From: Paraspadella gotoi
Taxonomy: Eukaryota > Animalia > Chaetognatha
DNA: 64,000 nt
Assembly: GCA_051294375.1 (NCBI GenBank)
Contig: CM119267.1
Span: 12,905,081-12,969,080 of the forward strand
Direction of reading: 5' to 3'
The position numbers and the translations under genes were made by a program. The notes beneath the pieces are model-generated. The model did no database searches. It saw nothing but the letters and a program-made list of their open reading frames with translations, and was not told the origin of the DNA. Below, one piece after another: positions 32,790 to 45,300 of the stretch. Numbering within the stretch: the first letter of the stretch is position 1; the number at the start of each line of letters is the position of its first letter.

Positions 32790-34570
32790 TGATATTAATA
32801 ATTAATTAATTAATTATTTTTATAGTGAATTTAAAAATTAAAAACATCCTACTCTTTATTCTATTATTTAAAGTTAAGATAAAATTTTGTGTGTGGTAGA
32901 AAATTGTACAAGTAAAGTGAGTTTTAATGGAAAAAAACAAAAGTCACATTTACTTTAATTTATTTAAAAAAATTTTTTTTTTACCAAATTATGCAAGTTG
33001 ACCAAATTATGAGTTAACCAATTAAGCAAATTGACCAATTTATGCCAGTTGACAAAATTATGCAAGTTGACAAAATTATGCAAGTTGACCAATTATGCAA
33101 GTTGACCAAATTATGAAAGTTGACCAAATTATGAAAGTTGAGCCAAATTATGAAAGTTGACCAAATTATGAAAGTTGACCAAATTATAAAGTTGACCAAA
33201 TTATAAAAGTGACCAATATTATAAAAGTTGACAAATTATAAAAGTTGACCAATTATAAAAGTTGACAAAAAGTTGACCAAATTATAAAGTTGACAATAAA
33301 TTACCAAATTATAAAAGTTGACCAATTTATAAAAGTTGACCAAATTATAAAAGTTGACCAAATTATAAAAGTTGACCAAATTATAAAAGTTGACCAAATT
33401 ATAAAGTTGACCAAATTATAAAAGTTGACCAAATTAAAATTGACCAAATTATAAAAGTTGACCAAATTATAAAAGTTGACCAAATTATAAAAGTTGACCA
33501 AATTATAATACAAGATATAGTGACCAAATTATAAAAGTTGACCAAATTATAAAAGTTGACCTAAGTTGACCAATTATAAAAGTTGACCATTAAGTGACAA
33601 TATAAAAGTGACCAAATTATAAAAGTTGACCAAATTATAAAAATTACCAAATTATAATGAGGTTAACCAAATTATGCAAAAAAATTTGATTGGCACTAAA
33701 TATAAAAAAATAACCAATCATTTTAAAGTTTACCAAATTATATCAGTTGAACCTAATTATATCAGTGAGCTCTTTTGACCTAATTATATCAGTGACCTAA
33801 TTATATCAGTTGACTAATTATATCAGTTGAACCTAATTAATATCAGTGACGCAAATTTTATATCAGTGACTAATTATGTAAGTTGACCAAATAATGCAAG
33901 TTGAGTGTTGGCGCAGCTATTGGTTCATTGATTGATGTAATTGAGAATAAAATATTATTTTTATTTTATTTTAATTAAAGAATGAAAAAGATAGAGAGGA
34001 GAGAGAGAGAGAGGAAGGAGAGAGAGATAGGAGGGAGAGAGAGCGTTCCAGGGGGCAGGTTCCCAAGGGGAAAGGGTTTTTCTAGCCCTGGGGGGATTCC
34101 CCCTGGGAGTGGCCCTTTGGGCCCAAAAAAAGGTTACAGGGGACCGCCTCAGCCTGGTAAAGATTTGCCTGCCCGTGGGGGCCGCCCGCGCGGAGCGCAT
34201 CCCGCGAGCTGCCCTAGCACCGCACCTCCGGGGGAGGCGATTCTGAAGGATGACATACTTAGGTAACTGCGAAAATTTTTTTTCCATCATGGTAAGTATT
34301 AGTTTGCGGACTAGCATCAAAAACAAAGAGGCGGTGGAATGGTTATGAAATTGGTACAACGAATATAAAAATTATTCATTCATTTAATAAATAAGCTATC
34401 TTTGCCCTGACTTTGGACAGGCTTTGTGGTTTAAGGCCTTTATGTTATAGCTGGGTAAGAAGAAGAGTGAAAAATATTTAAAAACTCAAAACAAAAAAAA
34501 AATAGTTGGTCCCTTAAATTGTTACTACGTAATAAAAAGAAATACTTCAACCTCATTACTCAATGTAGCA
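32790..34570 (+). repeat. Indel-rich duplicate of ~35820-37497 (probable gap-fill artefact)
   Basis: Colinear ~1.7-kb match to the later copy, differing mostly by single-base indels. Confidence 0.7.
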
Positions 34571-36009
34571 AGATCACGAGTTTCGCGAGAGGGGGATCAG
34601 GTTCCGAGAATTTCGGCTTTTTTTTATGGTCTCGCCTCGATTCGAACGGCATGCCCGTAATAAATAGTATAAAAATGGCATATTTCGAAGCGTGGCGTCT
34701 TGGGAAGCCCTTGCCGGTGGAGCGCGAGAAAATTCGGTCATCTTGACATGAAAAAATGGACCTAAAGTGGACTGGTTTCACCGGTTTTTTTTACTTTCTC
34801 ATCTTAGACTTGATCGTTCTACTAATCTATGTTGATTATTTTTTTGACCTTACACATTCTGATAATTGGCGTCTGGCTAAGACAGGGTATCTTATTTGTT
34901 TATATTTTGCAAGCTTGCTTGTTTAATTTAACAATCAAATGAACTGCTTTTTAGGCCATTAATTCGAACGTAACGCGATAGTATTTTTTACTTTTTATTT
35001 TCCCTTCGGCGAGACGAGGGTTTTATCTTCTGTTTCTGGGTGGAGCGCACGAAAAATTCAAGCGTTTTTTTTTTTAAATCCTAAGAAAACAAAGGGCTTT
35101 TGTTTCGATTAACATTTTATATTGACCGACCGAGCATAATGACTCTACCGCGAAATCCAAATCGAAAGCCATGGCCTTGCGACGAGCAACCGCGGTTTCC
35201 GAAAGAGAGAATTTTGGTGCTCGTTTATTTTGAAACATATCTCCCGCCTTCCCGCTGTATTTTTTTAAATTAGATTTTTTTGAAAATATATATAATTAGG
35301 GGTATTTATCAAGTATTTATTAGATTTTTAAAATGTTATCTTTTCATCTTTTATCTTCTTTCTCTTCGTTTTCCATCGACGATATATGTCGCTCCGCGAT
35401 TAGAAAAAAATCCGAAAGAACGAAGCGGTTTCTGATAATTTTGGTTCCTCGCCATTTTTGCACCAATGCGCAGTAAATATTACAAAACCATGGATGATTC
35501 TGATACGCAGTATTTGGGCTATCCAACGCAGCCGGAACAAAGAAAATCCATAAAGGTTTTAACTAAAAAATACTTAAAATAAACACGGTGTTTAGACTGA
35601 TTTCCTTTTGAATTTTTTATTTTGCGGTACTTACTGTATAAGTCAAATAATATTACAGCGATAATGCACTGATTCCGATTCTGTTGGGTTAGCCTATATT
35701 TCAAGCACATAACGAAAAAATAATTTACATTATAGTAAGAAAATTGGAGCAATTAATTCATTTTTTTTCCAAAATTTATTATCATTTTATTTCTTACTGT
35801 TTTTGCCAAACATGCCCTTATTAATAATTAATTAATTAATTATTTTTTATAAGTGAATTTAAAAATTAAAAACATCCTACTCTTTATTCTATTATTTAAA
35901 GTTAAGATAAAATTTTGTGTGTGGGTAGAAAATTGTACAAGTAAAAGTGAGTTTTAATGGAAAAAACAAAAGTCACATTTACTTTAATTTTATTAAAAAA
36001 ATTTTTTTT

Positions 36010-36845
36010 TACCAAATTATGCAAGTTGACCAAATTATGAGTTAACCAAATTAAGCAAATTGACCAATTTATGCCAGTTTTGAACAAAATTATGCAAGTT
36101 GACACAAAATTATGCAAGTTGACCAAATTATGAAAGTTTGACCAAATTATGAAAGTTGACCAAATTATTGAAAGTTGACCAAATTATGAAAGTTGACAAA
36201 TTATAAAGTTGACCAAATATAAAAGTTGACCAAATTATAAAAGTTGACCAAATTATAAAAGTTGACCAATTATAAAAGTTGACCAAATTATAAAAGTTGA
36301 CCAAATTATAAAAGTTGACCAAATTATAAAAGTTGACCAAATTATAAAAGTTGGACCAAATTATAAAAGTTGACCAAATTATAAAAGTTGACCAAATTAT
36401 AAAAGTTGACGCAAATTATAAAAGTTGACCAAATTATAAAAGTTGACCAAATTATAAAAGTTGAGACCAAATTATAAAAGTTGACCAAATTATAAAAGTT
36501 GACCAAATTATAAAAGTTGACCAAATTAATAAAAGTTGACCAAATTATAAAAGTTGACCAAATATAAAGTTGACCAAATTATAAAAGTTGACCAAATTAT
36601 AAAAGTTTAGACCAAATTATAAAAAGTTGACCAAATTATAAAAGTTGACCAAATTATAAAAATTTACCAAATTATAAAGGTTAACCAAATTATGCAAATT
36701 GACTAAATTATAAAAAAATAACCAAATTCTTAAAGTTTACCAAATTATATCAGTTGACCTAATTATATCAGTTGACCTAATTATATCAGTTGACCTAATT
36801 ATATCAGTTGACTAAATTATGTAAGTTGACCAAATAATGCAAGTT
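36010..36845. repeat. 18-bp minisatellite (AAGTTGACCAAATTATAA)n
   Basis: Directly visible. Noisy duplicate at ~32980-33900; variant (CAGTTGACCAAATTATGC)n at ~46855-47200 and ~47815-48000. Confidence 0.92.
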
Positions 36846-37514
36846 GGTGTTGGCGCAGCTATTGGTTCATTGATTGATTAATTGAAATAAAAAATATTAT
36901 TTTTATATTTTATTTTAATTAAAGATGAAAAAAGATAGAGGGAGAGAGAGAGAGAGGAGAAGGAGAGAGAGATAGGAGGGAGAGAGAGCCGTTCCAGGGG
37001 GCAGGTTCCCAAGGGGAAAGGTTTTTCTAGCCCCTGGGGGATTCCCCCTGGAGTGGCCCCTTGGGGCCCAAAAAAAAGGTTACAGGGGACCGCCCTCAGC
37101 CGGTAAAGATTTGCCTGCCCCTGGGGGCCGCCCCGCGGAGCCATCCCGCGGAGCTGCCCCTAGCACCGCCCCCGGGGGAGGCGATTCTGAAGGATGACAT
37201 ACTTAGGTAACTGCGAAAATTTTTTTTCCATCATGGTAAGTATTAGTTTGCGGACTAGCATCAAAATACAAAGAGCTGAATTTTATGAAATTGGTACAAC
37301 CAATATAAAAATTATTCATTCATTTAATAAATAAGCTATCTTGCCCCTGACTTTGGACAGGCTTTGGTGGTTTAAGGCCTTTATGTTATAGCTGGGTAAA
37401 AAAGATGAAAAATATTTAAAAACTCAAAACAAAAAAAAAATAGTGGCTAAATTTTACTACGTAATTAAAAAAGAAATACTCAACCTCATTACTCAATGCT
37501 CAAAAATGTTTTAG

Positions 37515-38626
37515 ACAAAAAATACTGTGTCAACTATGCATCGATCTCGTGCTTGTCTGTGATCGACCGCTTGCCTCCTGAAATCCGACCTCACATATCA
37601 AGTTACCAGTTGCCCACGAAAGAGCTTTTTTTAGAAGACGGTCACCTTGTCAAATGGGTCGGTAGGAAATCTAGAGGGAGGCCACCCGATAGTCTTTCGT
37701 GCTCGTCGGATGAGGAAACTGACGACAAAGACGAATCTGGCCCGGCCGATCAACCCAACGGGGCGTGGAGCTTTTTAGGTTCGCCTTCTTCTGTCACAGT
37801 AGACAGATACGATTTGACTTCCGATGCCATCGACAGCCTTGACTCCTTAATAGCACTCGACGCTGTGGACGCAACCGTCCTATCGATTCCCAAAGACGAA
37901 ACAATAAAGCCCCTTGTAATTTATGACGCCAAAGCGCCTGTTTCCTCCGATGATATTCCATCTGAGACATCGCGTTCTTCTTCTTGCAGCGTCAAAATAA
38001 TCGAATCGACACGATCTCGAAGCAAGTCTCATAGAATCGAGACTCGAAAGAAGCGAAAACGAGGGAAAAAGGTGAAGATTCTTCGTCCCGAGTATTTCGC
38101 CCCGCCCTCTTCGGACACGACTGACGTAGAAGACTCGGCGACAAAATATTGTCCGCTGTGCGCAAAAGAGTTTTCCATCCAACGGCTACTTAAGAGACAC
38201 CTACGCAGGTGCATTCTGTCATTTGACGCGATCCCATCGACGAAAACACAGAGAGCGCTTTTCTGCCCGGAGTGTAGCCATTCCTTCCTAAATCAGGACG
38301 ATTACCAACGCCATCTCTCACGAGCACACGGTCGATCAATGCTGGAGACTTCTGTGGGAGGAAAACTGGACAAGGGCTACTTCCGATTTAGATTTCCTAC
38401 AGACGAAGAGAAGTGTTTGAGATGCGAGATACGATACAGCTGTCCTGACTGCGTCAAACATTTCGCCACTACGGAACGCATGATGGCCCATTACAAGTCG
38501 GTCCACAGAAGGCCCAAGTCGCATCACGAGTGTCCGGTATGTCGCACATCTTTCTTCGAAAACGATGAAATAGATTCATTGCTCTGCGCCGCTCAGTGCC
38601 AAGTCGAGTGCTTGCGAGCTTGTTAG
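37515..38626 (+). CDS. C2H2 zinc-finger protein, terminal exon (upstream exons unresolved; candidate ~35466-35554)
   Basis: CPLC..F...LLKRHLRRC, CPECSHSF...YQRHLSRAH, CPDCVKHF...MAHYKSVH, CPVC. Acidic/Ser-rich N-terminal part and a basic NLS-like RKKRKRGKK. TTTTAG acceptor at 37514. Confidence 0.8.
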
Positions 38627-40221
38627 CAAGTTTTGTATTGCTATATTCTAAAGTGAGAATTTTGTTTTTGAGCCAGTTTCCTTATTAGGTTTGATTTGAT
38701 CTGATATCGTTGGATTTAAGTAGTTTTAACTACGCTTTGTAAGTTTGTATTTTGTTACGTGTTTTTAGTCCTATAGGAAATATGGATGTTTTCTATTATT
38801 TTTTTTTCATAGAGAGCGCTTACCGTAGAAATTTATTTCACTTTCGATCAATCAAGTTGTCTGTATAATTTGTGAATTTATTAACCAATTTCTTCATTAG
38901 TTGCATTGTTATTACATTTCTATAGATGAAACCAATTCCTCGGCCCTTATTATAATTATCTCGCCAGACGGGCTTTATCACGTTTTGGGCTTAGATAACC
39001 ATTTAGTATTGTTTCTTTGTGCCGTCATTGTCGTCACGCTTTTTAAATAATAATAGCTTAAGTGTCTAACCATAGGAAGTTAAAAATTTAGATATGGGTT
39101 TTCATCATTGAGGTTTTTTAAATTGTTGTTTCATATTCCTCCACTCATTAGTTTGTTTTTTTATTTTTTTTATATTTATTTATATATTATATTTATATTA
39201 TATTATATATATATATTTATTATTTTTATATATATATATTAAGGCGGGTTAAATTTGGTCCCTTTTTATCATTAGAAGTTCTGTCATATAAAATTCATTT
39301 GTCCATCATATACTTAATCAATATTTATTATCACTTTTGTAACTAGTGAAGCACAGTATAACATTAAAGTATTTAAATATTTATAAATGTATAGGCAATG
39401 AAAAAAAAATTTGTAAAAGTTTTATTTTTAAGAACGGATTCAGATAGCCCATAAAAAGTTGTTTACACAAAGTATGCATTTTTTAATATTTCGATGATAA
39501 GTGGGTCAAATAATTGAAAAACCCTTAAAAATCATCTTCATCTGAAGAAGTGATGCGAGTCGAAACATGTCCATTTCACTATGAAATAAAAATTGTTAAA
39601 TCTCTCTTCAAAACTGTTCTAAATCAAATTACAACGAAACAGAAAAAAAAAATACAATGTTATCATCATACCATAATTTTTATAGTTTTTGTTAATTTTA
39701 ACCAATAAAACATAAAAATTTGGAATTCTTGTAATTTTTTTTTATTTATTTTTTCAAGCTCTACCCGAATCCGTTTTTAAAAATTTGGAATTTGAAATAT
39801 AAAATTTTTATGATTTATGTTATTAACTATACATAAAATCTTAATTTTTAACATTATTTATATGACAGAACTCGTAGTTTTTACCTTGTTTCGCCTTAAT
39901 ATATATACAGTGGCTGTCCAGCGGTTGTTCAGCTATCTCTTTTTCTCTTTTAAATATATGTCGCTCTTTTAATTATATATCGCTCTTTTTTTCCGTCGCT
40001 GCTTCTTTTGCTTTGTCTAAAAACGAGTTAAGCTCTACAGTGGCTGTCCAGCTTTTCGTTTTATTTGCGGCAATAAATGACTATCATCGCATCAATGAAT
40101 GAGTATTATTGCAGCAATGAATGATTATCATTGCATCAATGAATGACTATCATCGCATCCATCATTTGGTTATCATGGCATCAATCATTTGGTTTTTATT
40201 GCATCAATATTTGGTTATCAT

Positions 40222-41406
40222 TAGAGTTCTGATAACCGTTAATTTTTTAGGAAATTCGCTTAACCGTTAAAACTTACATTTTTAACAGTTAAGATCGGTT
40301 AATCTTATAATTTAACTTTAAATTTTAAATATTAAGATTTAAAACAAACTAAAGTATTTAATGATATTTTCTCTTTAACACTGGCTCTTGAATGCGCTGA
40401 TAAAGACTTGAAACAGATTCGAAACATGTCTGTTTTTTATGTCAAATGAAATTGTTGTTGTAACAAAACAAATATTTTTTGCTAATCTCATAAAACAACG
40501 AAACGAAAGGATACCATCAAATTCTAATTCTATATTTTGTTTTCTCTTTCTCTCTTTTGCTTTCTCTTTTTCTTTCTCTACTTCTTCTCTTCCTCATTAT
40601 TTTTGTAGTTGTTAGTTTCTTAAACGCTTGTTTTCTGTTGTTAGTCTTTCATAAACTATGATAGACTGGTTGATTTATCGATTAATCAAAATATTTATTG
40701 ATTAATAAATATATTTTTCAGTTTAATTAAAAAGTATATAATCATTATTCTTTTTTATATGTCTTTTTTAAGATTTGTTCCTTCTATTATTAATTTTTAA
40801 ATTTTTTAAAACAGTTTTTTTTATTTGGTTTTTTATTAATTTTTTTCATTCATTTGGTTTTATTTCATTTGCTTCTTTGATCGTATTAAAGAAGGAAAGA
40901 AAAAGAGAGAAAAAATAAAATAAGAGGGATTATTTATTTTTAGCAAATTGAATAAATATTATTGCATGAAAGAACAAAAAAAAGGAAAAAGGTAAAATCA
41001 AAGGGCGAATAAAGGAGAAAAAAGAGGGGGGGAAAGAAAAAGGGGAAAAGTGAGAAAGAAAAAGAAAGGAACAGGACGAGATAAATAAAGGGGAAGAAAG
41101 AATAAGAGAGAGATTAGGATAGAAAAAAAATAACAAAAGAAAAAAGCAGGAAAAAAGTGGAGAAGAGAGAGAGGGGTAAAAATATGGTGAGAAGGGGAGA
41201 GGAGAATAAGAGTGAACAGGAAAAAATTTTTTTCTTTTTTAAATTTAAAGATTTCATACCAAAAAATGAAAAAAATCATATTTGAAAATTAACCGAATTT
41301 AACCGTTAAAATATATAATATATATATAATATATATATAATAATATAAGTTAAAATTATTTTTAACCGTTAATAACCGTTAACAGTTAACGGTTATCGGA
41401 ACACTA
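40222..41406. mobile_element. hAT-like MITE, same family as 1406-3620
   Basis: TAGAGTTCTGATAACCGTTAA...TTAACGGTTATCGGAACACTA; 8-bp TSD GTTATCAT on both sides. Confidence 0.8.
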
Positions 41407-41595
41407 GTTATCATCGTATCAATACTTTGGTTATCATCGTATCAATAATTGGTTATCATTGTATCAATCAATCTATTATTATTATATCAATCAATTAATT
41501 ATTATTACATCAATCTATTACTATTATAATTATAATAATTTGTTATTGCATCAATCATTTGTTATTTTCGGATTTTTTTATTATTTTCTTTGATA

Positions 41596-42227
41596 CAGTG
41601 TCCCAATGGTACTATTGGTTAACTTTTACATATTGTATGGAATTGTATTATTAAATGTGATTTCTAAGATAATAATATCAAAGATAAGTTCTTACCATTT
41701 ATGATACTATATTTCGAATTCAATTTTTATCAATTTTTTTGCAGACCATTCAATTTAAATGAGTCCTCATTTCTCACTTTTTTAATTTTTAAAAAAATTA
41801 TATAATTTAAATTGTAAGTTATATAAATAAATAAAATGCATTAATAAAAAAAATATTAAAAAAATATAAAAATTGATTAAAATATGTTAATTTAATATTT
41901 ACATTTTATTATTTGAAGTTGTGAGCGATTGAATCATTAAGCCAGAACAAAATGGTTGTTATTTATTCAAAAATATATTATTAAATCAATATTATAAAAA
42001 ATATTTGATAAATATTAAAAAATATTTAATTTAAAATTTTTTTTAAAAAAATCATTGAAAAAATTTTATGCCTTTGTTTTATGTAATAAATACAGGAGTT
42101 TGCTTTGTTCAATTTTTAAAATTTAGGTATCCTATAAAATGGTCCATACTTGTGCGCATATTCATTTTTCGATCTGGTATAAGAGCAGTAAGATTTTTTT
42201 AACAGACAGTACCATTGGGACACACTG
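41596..42227. mobile_element. Tc1/mariner-like MITE
   Basis: TA|CAGTGTCCCAATGGTACT...AGTACCATTGGGACACACTG|TA. Confidence 0.7.
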
Positions 42228-42338
42228 TAGTAACGTCTGGTGAGATCACTATACTTATAAGATTTTTTTTATCGCACGTAGGCTAATTATAAAAAAATAT
42301 CGCTTTGAATCAATTAAACACAAATCTAGCGGTCCAAA

Positions 42339-45300
42339 ATGTTTGGAAAGATTTTCTCTATGATGTTCGGAAAGGCTGCGTCCAAGCCCTCGTCAAAGAG
42401 ACGCATCGGCTCAGAAGACGAAGACACGGCCTCAATTTCCCGCTCGATCGCCATCCCGAAGACGCAGCCGACGCACCCGCTCCCAAAGCCCGAACCGTCT
42501 CCGGAACACAGTTCTGACTCGGAAAATAACACACCACGTTCACGCACGCCGCCGCCCGGGTTTCCGCCCAGTGACGTGGAGCCAGATGGCAGGTCGGCCG
42601 ACGAGTCGGTCGGCATGGCCCTTCCGCCGCCGAAGAGGAGAAAACCTTGCAGAGCCCTCGAGTCGGCCGAGGATTGGTGCTTGACCGACGTCAATTGGAA
42701 AGAGATTAACTATACCTGGACTATCAATTCGTTTTCCAAGTGCCAGGAGGAGTTGGGCAATTACATCACCTCGCCAGACTTTCCGTCGGCGCCAAGCGCC
42801 AACGACTCCGAGATGGCCTTTTACCTCAAAGTGCACCTGAGGGGTGAGAATGAGACCTCGGACCACCTGGCAGTTTATATCGTCTGCAAAGGAATGGAGG
42901 AAGTTCTAGCCACCTTCGAGCTATCGATCCTTGTCGACGGTGCGAAGTTAAACGTGCGCGACAGCAAAAAGATGTGCCACTTCGCCGAAAATCATCACCC
43001 GGCCTGGGGATTTAAGAAGTTCATAAAATTTGAGGAACTTCAGGACATTGGGAAGGCGTCGCAAGAAGTAAGTGACTTTTTAGAACGTGTAATTGTCAAA
43101 TTATTTTAATAGTTTGATAACCATGTCCTATGAAACTTCATTATTTATATTCAAACCAAATTCTTTTTTATCTCGCCAGACGGGGTTAAGCCCGTCTTGG
43201 TTAGATTTTGGTTCGGCTCAGCTACTTTGTAACGTCTGCGTCGGCGTCACGCTTTTTTCTTATATAGTTTTAGTTTTGACAAGTTTATAGCCGGATCTGC
43301 TTACAGCAGATTCCGGCTCTATAATTTACTTTGTCAGTTCGTCGGTCCGCCCGCCCAATCTTGTGGGCATTCACTAAAATCATGTCAGAACATCGAATAA
43401 TGATAAATTATGCTTAAGGAATAATATATTTTTAGTGGGTGACAACGAATTTTTTATTTCATAGGGACATGTTTCGACTCTGTGGTTGAGAGTCTTTATC
43501 AGCATTTGATTTAATCAACAATTTTCTCTTTAATGTTAGTTTTTAGAGAGAGAAAGAGAGAGAGCAAAATAGAGAGAGAGAGAGAGAAAAAGAGGGAGAT
43601 TCCAACAAAGAATTGAAAAAGGACAGTGGTCAGATGTGAGGACAGATGAAAGTAAGGGCAAGGAAGAAGATAAATTGGTTGAAATTTTGAAAGGTGAAAA
43701 AATTGAGGGAGAGAGAGAATATAACAGAGGCAGAGAAAATAGTTACATTTGGTAATGTACAACTAAGTAAAAATGGATAAACTTAATGTTAATCTAGTAG
43801 TAAAAAATAAACGTCCTACATTTGCCAGGCCGGGGGGGACCAGCTCTTTTTTGAGTTCTTTCTTTATCTTAATTTCACTAACATCTTCACTTAACTATTC
43901 CTAACAACTTATTTTCCTTTTTATATTTCATTCTTAATAGTTAAATTAAGTTTTTAATTAATTTGTTACTACTAGATTAACATTAAGTTTGTCCATTTTT
44001 ACTTTGTTGTACATTACCAAATGTAACTATTTTCTCTGCCTCTGTTATTCTCTCTCTCTCCCTCAATTTTTTCACCTTTCAAAATTTCAACCAATTTATC
44101 TTCTTCCTTGCCCTTACCTTCACCTGTCCTCACATCTGACCACTGTCCTTTCTCAATTCTTTGTTGGAATCTCCCTCTTTTTTTTTCTCTCTCTCTCTAT
44201 TTCTCTCTCTCACTCTCTCTCTAAAAACTAACATTAAAGAGAAAATTGTTGATTAAATCAAATGCTGATGAAGACTCTCAACCACAGAGTCGAAACATGT
44301 CCCTATGAAATAAAAAATTCGTTGTCACACACTAAAAATCTGTTATTCCTTAAACATAAACACAACAAAAAAAAAGAATCATAACAATGATAAATTATGC
44401 AAAAAAAATGTCTGACTGTCCGTTCATCCGTCTGTCCCACCTTAGTAAAAAAATATTAATTACTCATGATTTGATAGATGGATTGGAATGAAATTTTGTG
44501 TGTGGGTAGAAAAGTGTGTGATTTATCTGGAAATCGAGTTTAGCTGGAATCGTCCGAGTGGAAATGAGTTAAAATGGAAAAAATAAAAAAATAAATTTTA
44601 CTATTTGAACGCCAATGGGGCGATTGACCTCAAATTTTGTATGTGGGTAGGAAAGTGCTTGATTGAGCAGGAAATAAAGTTTCGATGGAATCGTCTAAGT
44701 GGAAATGAGTAAAAATAGAAAAAACAAACAAATCTATTTTACTATTTGATTATGCTTTTTTATTTTTATATTAAATGTAAATTCAAGCTGCATTAATTAA
44801 TTATTAATAAATATGTAATTAATTATTAATTTGTAATTAATTAATTTTTTGATCGAGATTGTTGATTTGTGATTTAGAGGCGCGACAAAGTGGAAAACGA
44901 TTTTGATATGAATTAAAAAAATTAATATTAATTATCTGATCAGCTGCTTACCGCTAATGATCGTGGGCAGATCCGGCGTTGTTTGCTCAAACTTGTTTTT
45001 AAATAAAAACTACTACGAATTACAATGGATTTATAATCGGATCTGCTTAACGCAGATTCCAACTTTATAATCCACTTTGTCGGTCCGTCGGTTGACCCCC
45101 AATCTTGTCGGGCATTCACTTAGATCATGTCACAACATCAAATTATGATAAATTATGCAAAAAAAATGTTCGTCCGTCCATCCGTTCTACCCCTCTTAGC
45201 AAAATCTTCAATTACTTGTGAATGGATGGATATGTAGTTTTGATGGAATCGTGCAAGTGGAAATGAGTTTAAATGAAGAAAAAAATATATACAGGGTAGG

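Larger units (their letters stand above)
38956..42256 (+). mobile_element. HINE-like family A element with nested MITEs
   Basis: 5' TTATCTCGCCAGACGGGC; 3' TAGTAACGTCTGGTGAGATCACTATACTT. Confidence 0.7.

Noticed and set aside
32980-36845. Regular short repeats resembling a CRISPR array; ORFs of LVNFYN / WSTFII repeats
   Set aside because: Head-to-tail 18-bp minisatellite with no unique spacers and no cas genes, in a eukaryotic context. The ORFs are repeat translations.
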